Notes: generated by a model from the sequence alone, not told the origin. A stretch of DNA of 64,000 nt from an uncultured Acidimicrobiaceae bacterium (GCA_963738545.1 CAVTXA010000004.1:8391-72390), one strand, 5' to 3'; shown: positions 53,070-62,552, counted from the first letter of the stretch. Translations and numbers: made by a program.

Positions 53070-53903
53070 GTGGACGACAACCCGACCGCTGACGAGCCAT
53101 CGGCCGAACCGCCGGGCCCTCCCGGCTCCGGCGACCGTGTCGATGGCCGGGCTGCGGCGCGGTCGCAGCTCGGACGGGCCGGGTTCGAGTCGGGGTCGGA
53201 CATCTACGAGCGGGCCCGGCCCACCTATCCTCCCGAGGCGGTGGACCTGCTGGCCGCGACTGCAGGTCTGGTTCCCGGTGATCGGGTCCTGGACCTGGCC
53301 GCCGGCACGGGAAAGATGACCCGTGGGCTGATCGAGCGGGGCCTTCGCTGCGTAGCCGCCGAGCCGTCACCGTCCATGCGCGACGTGTTCGCCGGGGTGC
53401 TCCCCGGGGTGCCGCTGGTCGGGGCGACGGCCGAGCACATCCCCCTCGGTGACGACACCGTGCACGCCGTCGTGGTGGCCCAGGCCTTCCACTGGTTCGA
53501 CCCCCCGACCGCCCTGGCCGAGATGGCCAGGGTCCTCCGGGCCGACGGGTGGCTCGCCCTCATCTGGAACGAGCGGGACGAGTCGGACCCGGTGGTGAGC
53601 GAACTGGTCCGTATCTCGAAGTGGGACACCATGGCGCCGTACCCCGTGGGGAAGGACTTCAGTGCCGACATCGACCGGAGCGGTCTGTTCGGGCCCGTCG
53701 AGCGCACGAAACTCCCGTTCACCCAGTGGCTGGACCTTCCGACCTTCGTCGGCCAGGTGGCCTCCAGGAGCTACGTCCAGGTGTTGCCCGAGGCCCAGCG
53801 GCAGGCGTTGCTCGACGAGGTCGAGGCGTTCGGCGCCACCCTCCCCCAGCCCATCGCCATGCCCTACATCACCGACCTGTTCTGCGCCCGGGTCGCCGAC
53901 TGA
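53070..53903 (+). CDS. class I SAM-dependent methyltransferase
   Basis: 'VLDLAAGTGKMT' motif I and 'HAVVVAQAFHWF'. Confidence 0.8.
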   Translation: MDDNPTADEPSAEPPGPPGSGDRVDGRAAARSQLGRAGFESGSDIYERARPTYPPEAVDLLAATAGLVPGDRVLDLAAGTGKMTRGLIERGLRCVAAEPSPSMRDVFAGVLPGVPLVGATAEHIPLGDDTVHAVVVAQAFHWFDPPTALAEMARVLRADGWLALIWNERDESDPVVSELVRISKWDTMAPYPVGKDFSADIDRSGLFGPVERTKLPFTQWLDLPTFVGQVASRSYVQVLPEAQRQALLDEVEAFGATLPQPIAMPYITDLFCARVAD

Positions 53904-53996
53904 CCACGTGGCCAGTGCCCGAAGGGCCGGCGGGACGGGGGCCTATGGTGGTCCCGGCCGCGTGCCCACCAGGACCACCAGGGGAGGACCGACTCG

Positions 53997-54362
53997 ATGA
54001 TCAAGCTGACCTGTCTGCTCAAGCGCAAGGAGGGGATGACCCCGGCGGAGTTCCAGGAATACTGGAAGAACAGCCACGGCCCGCTCATCGCCTCGAGCCA
54101 GTGCGGCAGCCACGTGATCCGCTACGAACAGAACCCCCGTCCCCTCGGCGACTACCGGGGAGACGACGACCGGTCCGGGTACGACGGGGTCACCGTCCAG
54201 TGGTTTGCCTCCATGGACGACTACTACGCCCACATGAGCGATGTCGACTCACCGGCCATGTTCGAGGATCTCCCCAAGTTCCTCGACACCGACCACCTCG
54301 AGTTCGTCCTGACCGAGGAGCCCCGCGTGATCATGGACGGCGAGGTGGACTGGGCCCTCTGA
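53997..54362 (+). CDS. EthD-domain protein
   Basis: 'MIKLTCLLKRKEGMTPAEFQEYWKNSHGPL' is a typical EthD start. 121 aa. Confidence 0.7.
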   Translation: MIKLTCLLKRKEGMTPAEFQEYWKNSHGPLIASSQCGSHVIRYEQNPRPLGDYRGDDDRSGYDGVTVQWFASMDDYYAHMSDVDSPAMFEDLPKFLDTDHLEFVLTEEPRVIMDGEVDWAL

Positions 54363-54428
54363 CCGACCGATCGGGCCGGGCGGGCGGCGTTCCCGCATGG
54401 CCTCCCCCGGCGATCCGGGACCGAAGGG

Positions 54429-55340
54429 GTGCCTTGGTACCGTGACCCGGTGCGCATCGTCTCCCTCCTCCCCTCGGCCACCGAGATCCTCTTCGCCATC
54501 GGCGCCGGGGACGACGTCCTCGGCGTCACCTTCGAGTGCGACTACCCCGAGGAAGCCCGGCTCCGGACCATCGTGTCGTCCACGGAGCTGCCGGGCGGGC
54601 TCACCCCCTCGGCGATCGATGCCCAGGTACGGCAACGCCTGGCCGACGGCGAGGACCTCTACACCCTGGACGAGGGTGCCCTCCGTGACCTCGATCCCGA
54701 CCTGGTGGTGACCCAGGACCTGTGCGCCGTCTGCGCCGTGGACAGCACCGAGGTCGATGCCGCCCTCGACCATCTGGGCTGCCGTGCCGAGGTGCTGACG
54801 CTCGATCCCATGACCCTCGCTGAGGTGCTGGACTCGATCGCTGCCGTCGGTCGGGCCACCGGGTGCCACCCGGCCGCCGAGGCCCTGGTGGCCGACCTGC
54901 GCCGGCGACTGGAAGCGGTGGCCGCCGGTGTGGCCGGGAGGGATCGTCCCAGCGTCGCCGTCCTGGAGTGGACGGACCCTCCGTACTCCTCGGGGCACTG
55001 GGTGCCCGACATGGTCGAGGCCGCCGGGGGTCGGTCGGTGCTGGGACGGTCCGGCGCCCGGTCGGCGCCAGTGCGCTGGGAGGACATCGCCGCCGTGCAC
55101 GCCGACCTGGTCGTGGTGGCCCCGTGCGGGTTCCACCTGGACGGCGCGGCGGCCCTGGCGCAGGACCTGGTGGCCCGGGGACGCATCCCGGGTGGCGTCC
55201 CGATCTGGGCGGTCGACGCCGACGCCGCCTTCGTGAGGCCCGGTCCCCGGCTGGTGGACGGGATCGAGGCCCTGGCCGCCGTGATCCACCCTGGTGCCGT
55301 CCCTCCCCGGCTCGATCTCGCTGCCCTGGTCCGAGCCTGA
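54429..55340 (+). CDS. BtuF-like periplasmic-binding-fold protein without a signal peptide (second copy in the window)
   Basis: 'RIVSLLPSATEILFAIG', 'LDPDLVVTQDLCAVCAV', 'GHWVPDMVEAAGG'. Confidence 0.65.
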   Translation: MPWYRDPVRIVSLLPSATEILFAIGAGDDVLGVTFECDYPEEARLRTIVSSTELPGGLTPSAIDAQVRQRLADGEDLYTLDEGALRDLDPDLVVTQDLCAVCAVDSTEVDAALDHLGCRAEVLTLDPMTLAEVLDSIAAVGRATGCHPAAEALVADLRRRLEAVAAGVAGRDRPSVAVLEWTDPPYSSGHWVPDMVEAAGGRSVLGRSGARSAPVRWEDIAAVHADLVVVAPCGFHLDGAAALAQDLVARGRIPGGVPIWAVDADAAFVRPGPRLVDGIEALAAVIHPGAVPPRLDLAALVRA

Positions 55341-55358
55341 CTACCCCCGGTCTTGCCG

Positions 55359-55387
55359 TTGACGCAACGTTCGTTCGGACGTACGAT
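55359..55387 (+). promoter_or_regulatory. sigma-70-like promoter TTGACG-17nt-TACGAT
   Basis: Read directly. It lies immediately upstream of the palindrome and about 50 nt before the P450 start. Confidence 0.45.
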
Positions 55388-55420
55388 CCATTGGATCGGA
55401 CACTCTGTCCGATCCAATGG
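55388..55420. promoter_or_regulatory. perfect 15-bp inverted repeat CCATTGGATCGGACA-CTC-TGTCCGATCCAATGG; candidate operator for the downstream TetR
   Basis: Read directly. It abuts the -10 box and overlaps the first possible ATG of the P450 ORF. Confidence 0.55.
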
Positions 55421-56688
55421 AAAGAGCATCCGACATGCCCATGGACGAGATCGACATCAGCAACGTCACCTTCGACGACATCAACCTGCTGGACTCCAAG
55501 GCCTTCACCGGGGGTGTCCCCCATGAGTGGTTCGCCTTCCTGCGGAAGAACGCCCCGGTGTGGTGGCATGAGGAAGAGGCCGGTCCTGGGTTCTGGGCGG
55601 TGACCTCCCATGCCGGGGCCACCACGGTCAACCGTGACTATGAGCACTTCTCCTCGTCCAAGCAGGCCACGTTCCTGTGGGACCTCGAAGCCGACGAACT
55701 GGCCCAGCAGCAGATGCTCATGTTGAACATGGACCCCCCGCTCCACACCCGCTACCGCCGCCTGGTCAACAAAGGGTTCACACCCCGCATGGTCAACCAG
55801 CTCCACGAGCGGATCGACGCAGCCGCCGACGACATCATCGACTCGGTCATCGAGAAGGGCAGCGCCGACTTCGTCACCGACATCGCCGCCGAGCTCCCCC
55901 TCGTGGTCATCGCCGAGCTCCTGGGCGTTCCCAACGAGGACCGCCACCGGATGTTCAACTGGTCCAACCGCATGATCGGCAGCGACGATCCCGAGTACCA
56001 GACCGATGAGTCCATTCCCCAGCAGGCGGCCATGGAGCTGTACGCCTATGCGTCGGCTCTCTTCGAGAACAAGCGCATCGATCCCCACCAGGACCTCATG
56101 AGCGTCCTGACCGAGGTCGAGGTGGAGGGGGAGAAACTCAACTCGGTCGAGCTCGAACTGTTCTTCCTGCTCCTCACGGTGGCCGGCAACGAGACCACCC
56201 GCAATCTCATCTCCGGAGGGATGGTCGCCTTCTTCGACCATCCCGACCAGTGGGAGCTGCTCCGCAACGACCGGAGCCTGCTCCCGTCGGCCACCGAGGA
56301 GATGCTGCGTTACGTCAGCCCGGTGATGAACTTCCGCCGCCAGACCACCAGCGCCTTCGACCTCGGTGACCAGCACATCGACGAGGACACCAAGGTCGTC
56401 TTCTTCCATATCTCGGCCAACCGCGACGAGTCGGTGTTCGAGAACCCCCACACCTTCGACATCACCCGGGACCCCAACCCCCACCTGGCCTTCGGTGCGG
56501 GCGGACCCCACTTCTGCCTCGGGGCCAACCTGGCCCGCATGGAGATCCGGGTCATGTTCGAGCACCTCCTCGACCGCATGCCCGACATCCGGCTGGACGG
56601 TGAGGTGGAGCGGCTCCAGTCCGCCTTCATCAGCGGCGTCAAGCACATTCCCGTGGCTTTCCCGACGGCCGCACGCGTCTCGGTCTGA
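55417..56688 (+). CDS. cytochrome P450
   Basis: Heme loop 'FGAGGPHFCLGANLA', 'EEMLRY' (ExxR), I-helix 'LLLTVAGNETT'. A more likely start is the ATG at 55435, after GGAAAGAG. Confidence 0.9.
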   Translation: MERASDMPMDEIDISNVTFDDINLLDSKAFTGGVPHEWFAFLRKNAPVWWHEEEAGPGFWAVTSHAGATTVNRDYEHFSSSKQATFLWDLEADELAQQQMLMLNMDPPLHTRYRRLVNKGFTPRMVNQLHERIDAAADDIIDSVIEKGSADFVTDIAAELPLVVIAELLGVPNEDRHRMFNWSNRMIGSDDPEYQTDESIPQQAAMELYAYASALFENKRIDPHQDLMSVLTEVEVEGEKLNSVELELFFLLLTVAGNETTRNLISGGMVAFFDHPDQWELLRNDRSLLPSATEEMLRYVSPVMNFRRQTTSAFDLGDQHIDEDTKVVFFHISANRDESVFENPHTFDITRDPNPHLAFGAGGPHFCLGANLARMEIRVMFEHLLDRMPDIRLDGEVERLQSAFISGVKHIPVAFPTAARVSV

Positions 56689-57308
56689 TGCCAGAGCGCC
56701 GGCAGGCCGGCAATCTCAAGGAGGTCATTCGGGACTTCCGACGGGATCAGGTCATCGAGGTGGCCCGGCGTCTCTTCGGTGAGCGCGGCACCACCGACGT
56801 GTCAATGGACGAGATCGCCGCCGAAGCCGGGGTGGCCCGATCTACGGTGTACGTCTACTTCGCCAACCGCGACGAGCTGCTGCGAGCCTGTCTTAAGGGC
56901 ATGCACGACCAACTGCTGGAGGACATCGCCGAGACCTGGGAGCACGACGCCGAGCCGACCCGCCGCCTCGAGCGTCTGGTGGAGGCCATGCTGGTGCGGA
57001 TCGACGACAACCCGGCCTTCTTCCGCCTGGCCCTGCTGACCCAGGGGACGGTCAGCCAGGGAGGGGAGGCGGTGGGGACCGAGCTGGCACTCATCGGCCT
57101 CAACATCGCCCGGCTCATCGCCGACCTCTACGTCGACGGCGTGGCCTCTGGTGACTTCCGCCCGATGGACACGGATCGGGCCGTCAACCTCATCGGCCAG
57201 CAGATCTACGGGGCCATGTCGGTCCGGGCGGCCGAGCCGTTGCCCCCCGACGCCGCCACCGAGGCCGCGCACATCAGTGCGTTCATGCTGCGCGGCCTCG
57301 GAGTCTGA
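56688..57308 (+). CDS. TetR family transcriptional regulator
   Basis: 'VSMDEIAAEAGVARSTVYVYFANRDEL'. The start shares one nt with the P450 stop (TGATG). Confidence 0.85.
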   Translation: MPERRQAGNLKEVIRDFRRDQVIEVARRLFGERGTTDVSMDEIAAEAGVARSTVYVYFANRDELLRACLKGMHDQLLEDIAETWEHDAEPTRRLERLVEAMLVRIDDNPAFFRLALLTQGTVSQGGEAVGTELALIGLNIARLIADLYVDGVASGDFRPMDTDRAVNLIGQQIYGAMSVRAAEPLPPDAATEAAHISAFMLRGLGV

Positions 57309-57438
57309 GCCCACGCAGCTCTCCGTCGCCGGTCGTGGACCGGCAGGAACGTGGCGGGCGATCGCAAGCGCTGCGTCAGGAAGAAGGGCGTCGACCTCGG
57401 GGCGGCCGTTCGGCCCCCCAGCCCCGGGCGTGGGCCCG

Positions 57439-57714
57439 TTATCCCCCGGCGACGGCGGGGACGATCGACAGTGTCTGACCGTCGGTCACCGGGGTATCGA
57501 GACCTTCGAGGAAGCGCACGTCCTCGTCGGCCAGGAAGACATTCACGAACCGGCGGAGTCCACCCTGTTCGTCGAAGATCCGTTCGGCGAAGCCAGCGTG
57601 GGCGGCGTCGAGGGCCTTCAGGGCCTCGCCCACCGTCGAACCTTCCACACTGACCTCGCCGGCCCCGCTGGTGAGTGGGCGGAGTTGGGTAGGGACGCGG
57701 ACCGTGATGCTCAT
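57439..57714 (-). CDS. ThiS/MoaD-family sulfur-carrier protein
   Basis: 91 aa ending in 'AVAGG' (C-terminal Gly-Gly). A 4-nt overlap joins it to the upstream gene. Confidence 0.75.
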   Translation of the reverse strand: MSITVRVPTQLRPLTSGAGEVSVEGSTVGEALKALDAAHAGFAERIFDEQGGLRRFVNVFLADEDVRFLEGLDTPVTDGQTLSIVPAVAGG

Positions 57715-58982
57715 CGTCTGCTCCTCGCCGCCGTGGTGTCGGTCGGAATGTCGGTCTCGGCCATGGCCTCATCGAAGGCCTCCAGCGTGGGGGCGATGGT
57801 GCAGGTGGGTCCGACCGAGCCGGTGAGGGCCTCGACCGTCTTCAGCCCGTGCCCGGTGACGAGGGCCACCACCCGCTCGTCCGAGCGGATCACCCCCTGG
57901 GAGGCCAGCTTGGCCAGGGTGGCGATGGTCACACCCCCGGCCGTCTCGGCGAAGATCCCCTCGGTTCGGGCCAAGAGGCTGATCCCCTCGAGGACCTCGT
58001 CGTCGGTGACCGACGCGCACGACCCGCCCGATGAACGGATGGCGTCGAGTGCGTACCACCCGTCAGCGGGATTGCCGATGGCCAGGGACTTGGCGATGGT
58101 GTCGGGCTTGACCGGCCGGATGGCATCGGTCCCCTCGGCGAAGGCGGTGGCCACGGGCGAGCATCCCGCCGCCTGGGCCCCCGAGATGCGCACGTGGGGC
58201 TGTTCGTCGAGCAGTCCCACCTTCCACAACTCGTCGAACCCCTTGGCCACCTTGGTCAGCTGGCTGCCTGATCCGATCGGGACCACCACGTGGTCGGGGG
58301 CCTGCCACCCCAGTTGCTCGGCCACCTCGAACGCCAGCGTCTTCGAGCCCTCGGCGTAGTAGGTGCGCACGTTGACGTTCACGAACGCCCAAGTCGGCTG
58401 CTCGCTGGTCAGCTCGGCGCAGAGCCGGTTGACGTCGTCGTAGCTTCCTTCGACGGCGATCACCCTGCCCCCGTAGACCGACGTCATGGTGATCTTGGCC
58501 GTCTCGAGGTCGTGGGGGATCAGGACCACCGACTCCATGCCGGCCCGGGCCGCGTGGGCGGCGACCGAGTTGGCCAGGTTTCCCGTCGAGGCGCAGGCGG
58601 CGATCTTGAAGCCCAGCTGGCGGGCCTTGGTCAGGGCCACCGATACGACGCGGTCCTTGAAGGAGCCCGTGGGGTTGGCCGTGTCGTCTTTGATCCACAG
58701 TTCGCCGAGGCCGAGCTCGGCGGCGAGACGGTCGGCCCGGACGAGCGGCGTGAAGCCCGCCCCGAGGTCGACCGGTGCCGGATCGTGCACGGGCAGGAGG
58801 TCGGCGTACCGCCAGATGGACCGGGGTCCGGCCGCCACCCGCTCCCGGGAGATGGTGGCCGCCACCGCCTCGTAGTCGTAGGCGACCTCGAGCGGCCCGA
58901 AGCAGTAGTCGCACACGTGCAACGCCTCGGCCGGATAGTCACGTCCACATTCACGGCAACGAAGCCCAGAAACGAAGTCCAC
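57711..58982 (-). CDS. threonine-synthase-family PLP enzyme with an N-terminal zinc-ribbon (ThrC-like; candidate MetM-type homocysteine synthase)
   Basis: 'CRECG..CDYCFG' ribbon, PLP-lysine motif 'NPTGSFKDR', 'GSGSQ'. Confidence 0.85.
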   Translation of the reverse strand: MDFVSGLRCRECGRDYPAEALHVCDYCFGPLEVAYDYEAVAATISRERVAAGPRSIWRYADLLPVHDPAPVDLGAGFTPLVRADRLAAELGLGELWIKDDTANPTGSFKDRVVSVALTKARQLGFKIAACASTGNLANSVAAHAARAGMESVVLIPHDLETAKITMTSVYGGRVIAVEGSYDDVNRLCAELTSEQPTWAFVNVNVRTYYAEGSKTLAFEVAEQLGWQAPDHVVVPIGSGSQLTKVAKGFDELWKVGLLDEQPHVRISGAQAAGCSPVATAFAEGTDAIRPVKPDTIAKSLAIGNPADGWYALDAIRSSGGSCASVTDDEVLEGISLLARTEGIFAETAGGVTIATLAKLASQGVIRSDERVVALVTGHGLKTVEALTGSVGPTCTIAPTLEAFDEAMAETDIPTDTTAARSRR

Positions 58983-58992
58983 GGCAGTCTCC

Positions 58993-59106
58993 TCATCGCT
59001 CGGGCATTGGCACCTGGTACGAGGCCCGATGGTCGAAACCGCTCGGTATCTCGCTCTGGTTGCCGCGGCGTCGCAGGGCCCGGTCCCTCAGCCGCTCTGG
59101 ATGATG
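58993..59106 (-). promoter_or_regulatory. SAM-I (S-box) riboswitch
   Basis: The minus-strand RNA is CAUCAUCCAGAGCGGCUGAGGGACCGGGCCCUGCGACGCCGCGGCAACC...AGGUGCCAAUGCC...GCGAUGAGGAG. It matches the conserved AGAG.GG..GAGGGA..GGCCC..GA..CC..GCAACC and GGUGC.AA..CC blocks. The 3' strand of P1 (GAUGA) overlaps the GAGGAG ribosome-binding site. Confidence 0.8.
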
Positions 59107-59112
59107 GGGTCC

Positions 59113-59141
59113 ATTTTGGCCGAACGACGGGCCCCCGTCAA
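59113..59141 (-). promoter_or_regulatory. sigma-70-like promoter TTGACG-17nt-CAAAAT driving the riboswitch leader
   Basis: Read on the minus strand. The -10 ends about 7 nt before the P1 stem. Confidence 0.45.
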
Positions 59142-59245
59142 TGCGACCTCACCCGTCTCCACGGTGGTGCGGGCCGATGGAGCCGTCCCCAACCCCTCCT
59201 TCGGCTGCTTCCACATACCCTGTCCCGGTGAACGATGATGGCGCC

Positions 59246-60052
59246 ATGTCCTTCGCTCCCCCGTCCGGCGAGGACGCACGGACTGCTCCCTCCCGCTCGG
59301 TCGACGTGGCGGATTTGGTCGCAGCCAAGGGGGACCGAAGCATCGCCGTCTGCATCCCGGCCCGAAACGAGGCCGCCACGGTGGGACCGATCATCGACGC
59401 CATCGTCACCACCCTGACCGATCGCTCCGGTGGCGCACCCCTGGTCGACGACGTAGTGGTCGTCGACGACGGCTCCGATGACGGGACCGCCGACCTGGCC
59501 CGGAGGGCCGGCGCCCGGGTGATCCGCTCGGAACACCGGGCCGGGGGGAAGGGTCAGGCCATGCGGTCGGCCCTCATCGCCACCGACGCCGATCTGGTCG
59601 CCTTCGTCGACGCCGACGTCACCAACTTCGGGGCACATTTCGTCACGGGGCTGCTCGAGCCCCTGCTGACCGACGACTCGGTGAGCCTGGTGAAGGGCTT
59701 CTACCGACGACCCCTGCACGGCTCCCCCGATGGGGGCGGCCGGGTGACCGAGCTCATGGCCCGACCCGTGATCGACCTCCTCTTCCCCCACCTGGCGGTG
59801 ATCGAGCAGCCCCTGGCCGGCGAGACCGCCGCGCCGAGGTCGGTACTGGAGAAGTGCGGGCTGGCCGATGGCTACGCCGTGGAGCTGGCGCTGCTGATCG
59901 ACGTGGCCGCCCTCTACGGCGTGGATTCGATCGCCCAGGTGGACCTCGGCATCCGGATCCACCGGAACCGGCCGCTCGACGAGCTCCGACCCCAGGCCAC
60001 CGACGTGCTCCGTGCCGCTCTGGCCCGGGCCCGTCCCGTCACGCCCGACTGA
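59246..60052 (+). CDS. gpgS: glucosyl-3-phosphoglycerate synthase (GT81)
   Basis: 'IAVCIPARNEAATV', 'VVDDGSDDGT', 'GGGRVTELMARPVIDLLFPHL', 'GYAVELALLID'. Start set at the ATG at 59246. Confidence 0.8.
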   Translation: MSFAPPSGEDARTAPSRSVDVADLVAAKGDRSIAVCIPARNEAATVGPIIDAIVTTLTDRSGGAPLVDDVVVVDDGSDDGTADLARRAGARVIRSEHRAGGKGQAMRSALIATDADLVAFVDADVTNFGAHFVTGLLEPLLTDDSVSLVKGFYRRPLHGSPDGGGRVTELMARPVIDLLFPHLAVIEQPLAGETAAPRSVLEKCGLADGYAVELALLIDVAALYGVDSIAQVDLGIRIHRNRPLDELRPQATDVLRAALARARPVTPD

Positions 60053-60132
60053 TCGGGTCACCCCTGACGCGTGCGCCGAATCCCTCCGGACAGGGCCGCC
60101 GGTAGGGAGTGCCCCCCACCGACGGCCCTCGC

Positions 60133-61830
60133 TCAGGAGGCGGCGAGGGGGCTGGACTCGCAGAGGGTGCGGGGCGGGCCGGCCGCCCCCACCAGCTCGC
60201 CGGTCGCCGCCGGCTGCAGGGGACTGCCGGCCAGATCCGGGAGCACCTCGGGTGCAACCAGGTCGACCTGGTCCGGACGGTTGCGGCGGTTGGGGACGAG
60301 CATGGCGGCGATGGCACCGATGGCGACCACGGCCGCTCCGGCGTAGACGGCCACGGTCATCCCGTTGACGTAGTCCTGGCCCGAGGCGTAGCTCCCGTGG
60401 GAGCTGAAGATGGCCCCGAGCACGGCGATGCCGAGCACGCCACCCAGCTCCCGGAAGGCGGCGTTGGCCCCCGAAGCCACACCCTCGAGGGCACGGGGCA
60501 CGGCCCCGAGCACGAGCGAGGCCAAGGGCACGAAGAAGAGGGTCATCCCGATGCCGCAGAGCACGAATGGCACGACCAGGTCGGCATAGGGGACCGTTGG
60601 CGTCGTCACCGATGCGAGCCAGGTCAGCCCGACGGCCTGGAGGCTCAGACCGGTGACCACGAGGGGCTTACCCCCCCACCGCTCCGCCAGCTGCCCGACG
60701 ACCGGGGCCAGGAGCATGGGCATGGCCGTCCAGGGCAGGATCCGGACCCCGGCCGCCAAAGGCGAGAGGCCCTGGACGGTCTGGAGGAACTGCACGAGGA
60801 AGAAGATGGCGCCGAACATCCCGAAGCTGAAGAGCATCGCCGTCACGTTGACCGAGGTGAAGCCGCGGTCACGGAACAGGCGCATGTCCAACATCGGATG
60901 GTCGGAGCGGAGCTCCCAGAACATGAAGGTCACCAGCGTCACCGCTCCCACGGCGAAGGAGGAGAGGACCAACGTGCTGGTCCACCCGTGGCTGTTGCCG
61001 TCGACCAGCCCCAGGACCACCCCGAGGAGTCCGACGCTGACCAGGCCCACACCGACCAGGTCGAGACGGGCCCGGGCCCCGCGGGACTCGGACAACTTCC
61101 ACCAGGCGAGGGGGATGAGCACCAGACCGACCGGGACGTTGAGCCAGAAGATGTACTGCCAGGACCATCCGCTGGTAACCGCCCCCCCGACCAGAGGGCC
61201 GAGGGCGACCGCAGCCCCACCGATGGCACCCCAGATCCCGAGGGCGACGTTGCGCCGCTCCGGCGGCACGGCCGCGCTGAGCAGGGTGAGCGAGAGCGGC
61301 ATGATCATGGCCCCTCCGGCACCCTGGACTGCTCGGGCCATGACGAGGACGCCGATGCTCGGGGCCAGTGCGGCCAGGGCCGACGCTGCGGTGAACACGG
61401 CGATGCCCAGCACGAAGATGCGCCGCCGACCGAAGCGCTCACCCACGGCTGCCGCCGACAGGAGCAGGACGGCGAAGGTCAGCGTGTACACGTTGACCGT
61501 CCACTCCAGCCCCGAGAGCCCCGCGTGCAGGTGCTCACGGATTACCGGAAGGGCCGTCGAGACGACCAGATTGTCCAGCGAGGCCATGAACAGGGCGAGG
61601 CCGGTGATGGCCACGGCCCACACGGCCCGGGACCGGGTCCGGCGGCGGTCCCCGTCCGAGCCGATCGGATCGACGTGCTCCGACCGGAGAGCGTTCGGTG
61701 CGGCCTCCCTGACATCGGGCACCACGGCCGGCGCTGCCGACTCGGCCGCGGCCACGGTCGGCACATCACCCGTACGCCCGAGGGGACGGGTACGCCCGAG
61801 GGGACGGGCCCACCGACGTCGCGACGTCAT
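60133..61830 (-). CDS. MFS transporter, DHA2 (14-TMS) family
   Basis: 'LDNLVVSTALPVI', 'GERFGRRRIF', about 14 TM segments. Start set at the ATG at 61830, which is preceded by GAAGGTGG. Confidence 0.85.
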   Translation of the reverse strand: MTSRRRWARPLGRTRPLGRTGDVPTVAAAESAAPAVVPDVREAAPNALRSEHVDPIGSDGDRRRTRSRAVWAVAITGLALFMASLDNLVVSTALPVIREHLHAGLSGLEWTVNVYTLTFAVLLLSAAAVGERFGRRRIFVLGIAVFTAASALAALAPSIGVLVMARAVQGAGGAMIMPLSLTLLSAAVPPERRNVALGIWGAIGGAAVALGPLVGGAVTSGWSWQYIFWLNVPVGLVLIPLAWWKLSESRGARARLDLVGVGLVSVGLLGVVLGLVDGNSHGWTSTLVLSSFAVGAVTLVTFMFWELRSDHPMLDMRLFRDRGFTSVNVTAMLFSFGMFGAIFFLVQFLQTVQGLSPLAAGVRILPWTAMPMLLAPVVGQLAERWGGKPLVVTGLSLQAVGLTWLASVTTPTVPYADLVVPFVLCGIGMTLFFVPLASLVLGAVPRALEGVASGANAAFRELGGVLGIAVLGAIFSSHGSYASGQDYVNGMTVAVYAGAAVVAIGAIAAMLVPNRRNRPDQVDLVAPEVLPDLAGSPLQPAATGELVGAAGPPRTLCESSPLAAS

Positions 61831-61850
61831 CGTGCGCCACCTTCTAGTTT

Positions 61851-61862
61851 GTGACTGATCAC
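61851..61862. promoter_or_regulatory. GTGACTGATCAC, copy 1 of a shared TTGTGAyTGrTCACT motif (candidate TetR operator) between the TetR and MFS genes
   Basis: Read directly in the AT-rich 74-nt spacer. Confidence 0.4.
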
Positions 61863-61904
61863 TAGCTACACGGGGCAAAAAAAGAGGTACGGAGAAGGGC
61901 TGAC

Positions 61905-62552
61905 TCATGCGGGAACCTCCTGGTTCTCGTCCTGGTCGACCTGGTGACGGTCGGCCAGGGCCTGGCTGGCGGCTTTGATGGCATTGGCTTTGTTGGGAAT
62001 TTCACAGATGCCCTGGGCCCAGGAGTCGGGCACGGAGAGCACGTCGATGGCGGACATGACGTTGATGAGCATGCCCATGGCGAAGAACTCGCGCAGGTCG
62101 TCCTCGGTGCCGTGGGTCCGCTCGTAGAAGACATCGGCCAGAACGTCGAACGTGCGCCGGCAACTGCGGGCGATGTCGGGATCGGCCGGGGCGGCGGCGA
62201 AGCCGTGTAGCTGGACCTGGAGTATCTCGGGGTCCTGCATCAGCTCGAGGTAGGCCTCGCCCATGGCCGCCTTGGCCTCTTGGCCCTCCAGTCCCTCGCC
62301 GGCCTTGGTCAACTCGTTGATGATCCGCAACCCGACCAGGTCGTAGGTGGCGACGAATAGGTCCTTCTTGGTCCCGAACAGCCGGAAGAGGTAGGGCTGG
62401 GAGATGCCGGCCCTTGAGGCGATGGCTTCGGTCGAGGTCCCGGCGTAGCCCGCCCGTGCGAACTCGGTGATGGCCGCGGCCAGGACAGCGATCCGGCGCT
62501 CCCCTGCGGTCTGTCGACTTGGAACCATCATGGGTACATTGTGATTGGTCAC
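61905..62552 (-). CDS. TetR family transcriptional regulator
   Basis: 'TSTEAIASRAGISQPYLFRLFGTKKDLF'. An alternative ATG start is at 62531. Confidence 0.8.
   Translation of the reverse strand: MTNHNVPMMVPSRQTAGERRIAVLAAAITEFARAGYAGTSTEAIASRAGISQPYLFRLFGTKKDLFVATYDLVGLRIINELTKAGEGLEGQEAKAAMGEAYLELMQDPEILQVQLHGFAAAPADPDIARSCRRTFDVLADVFYERTHGTEDDLREFFAMGMLINVMSAIDVLSVPDSWAQGICEIPNKANAIKAASQALADRHQVDQDENQEVPA
62541..62552. promoter_or_regulatory. GTGATTGGTCAC, copy 2 of the TTGTGAyTGrTCACT motif at the 5' end of the TetR gene
   Basis: Read directly. It has the same flanks (TT...T) as copy 1. Confidence 0.4.

Noticed and set aside
54363-54428. A cobalamin riboswitch in front of the BtuF-like genes (also at 1636-1671).
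   Set aside because: The intergenic spaces are 66 nt and 36 nt, far too short for a B12 riboswitch, and no B12-box-like sequence is visible.
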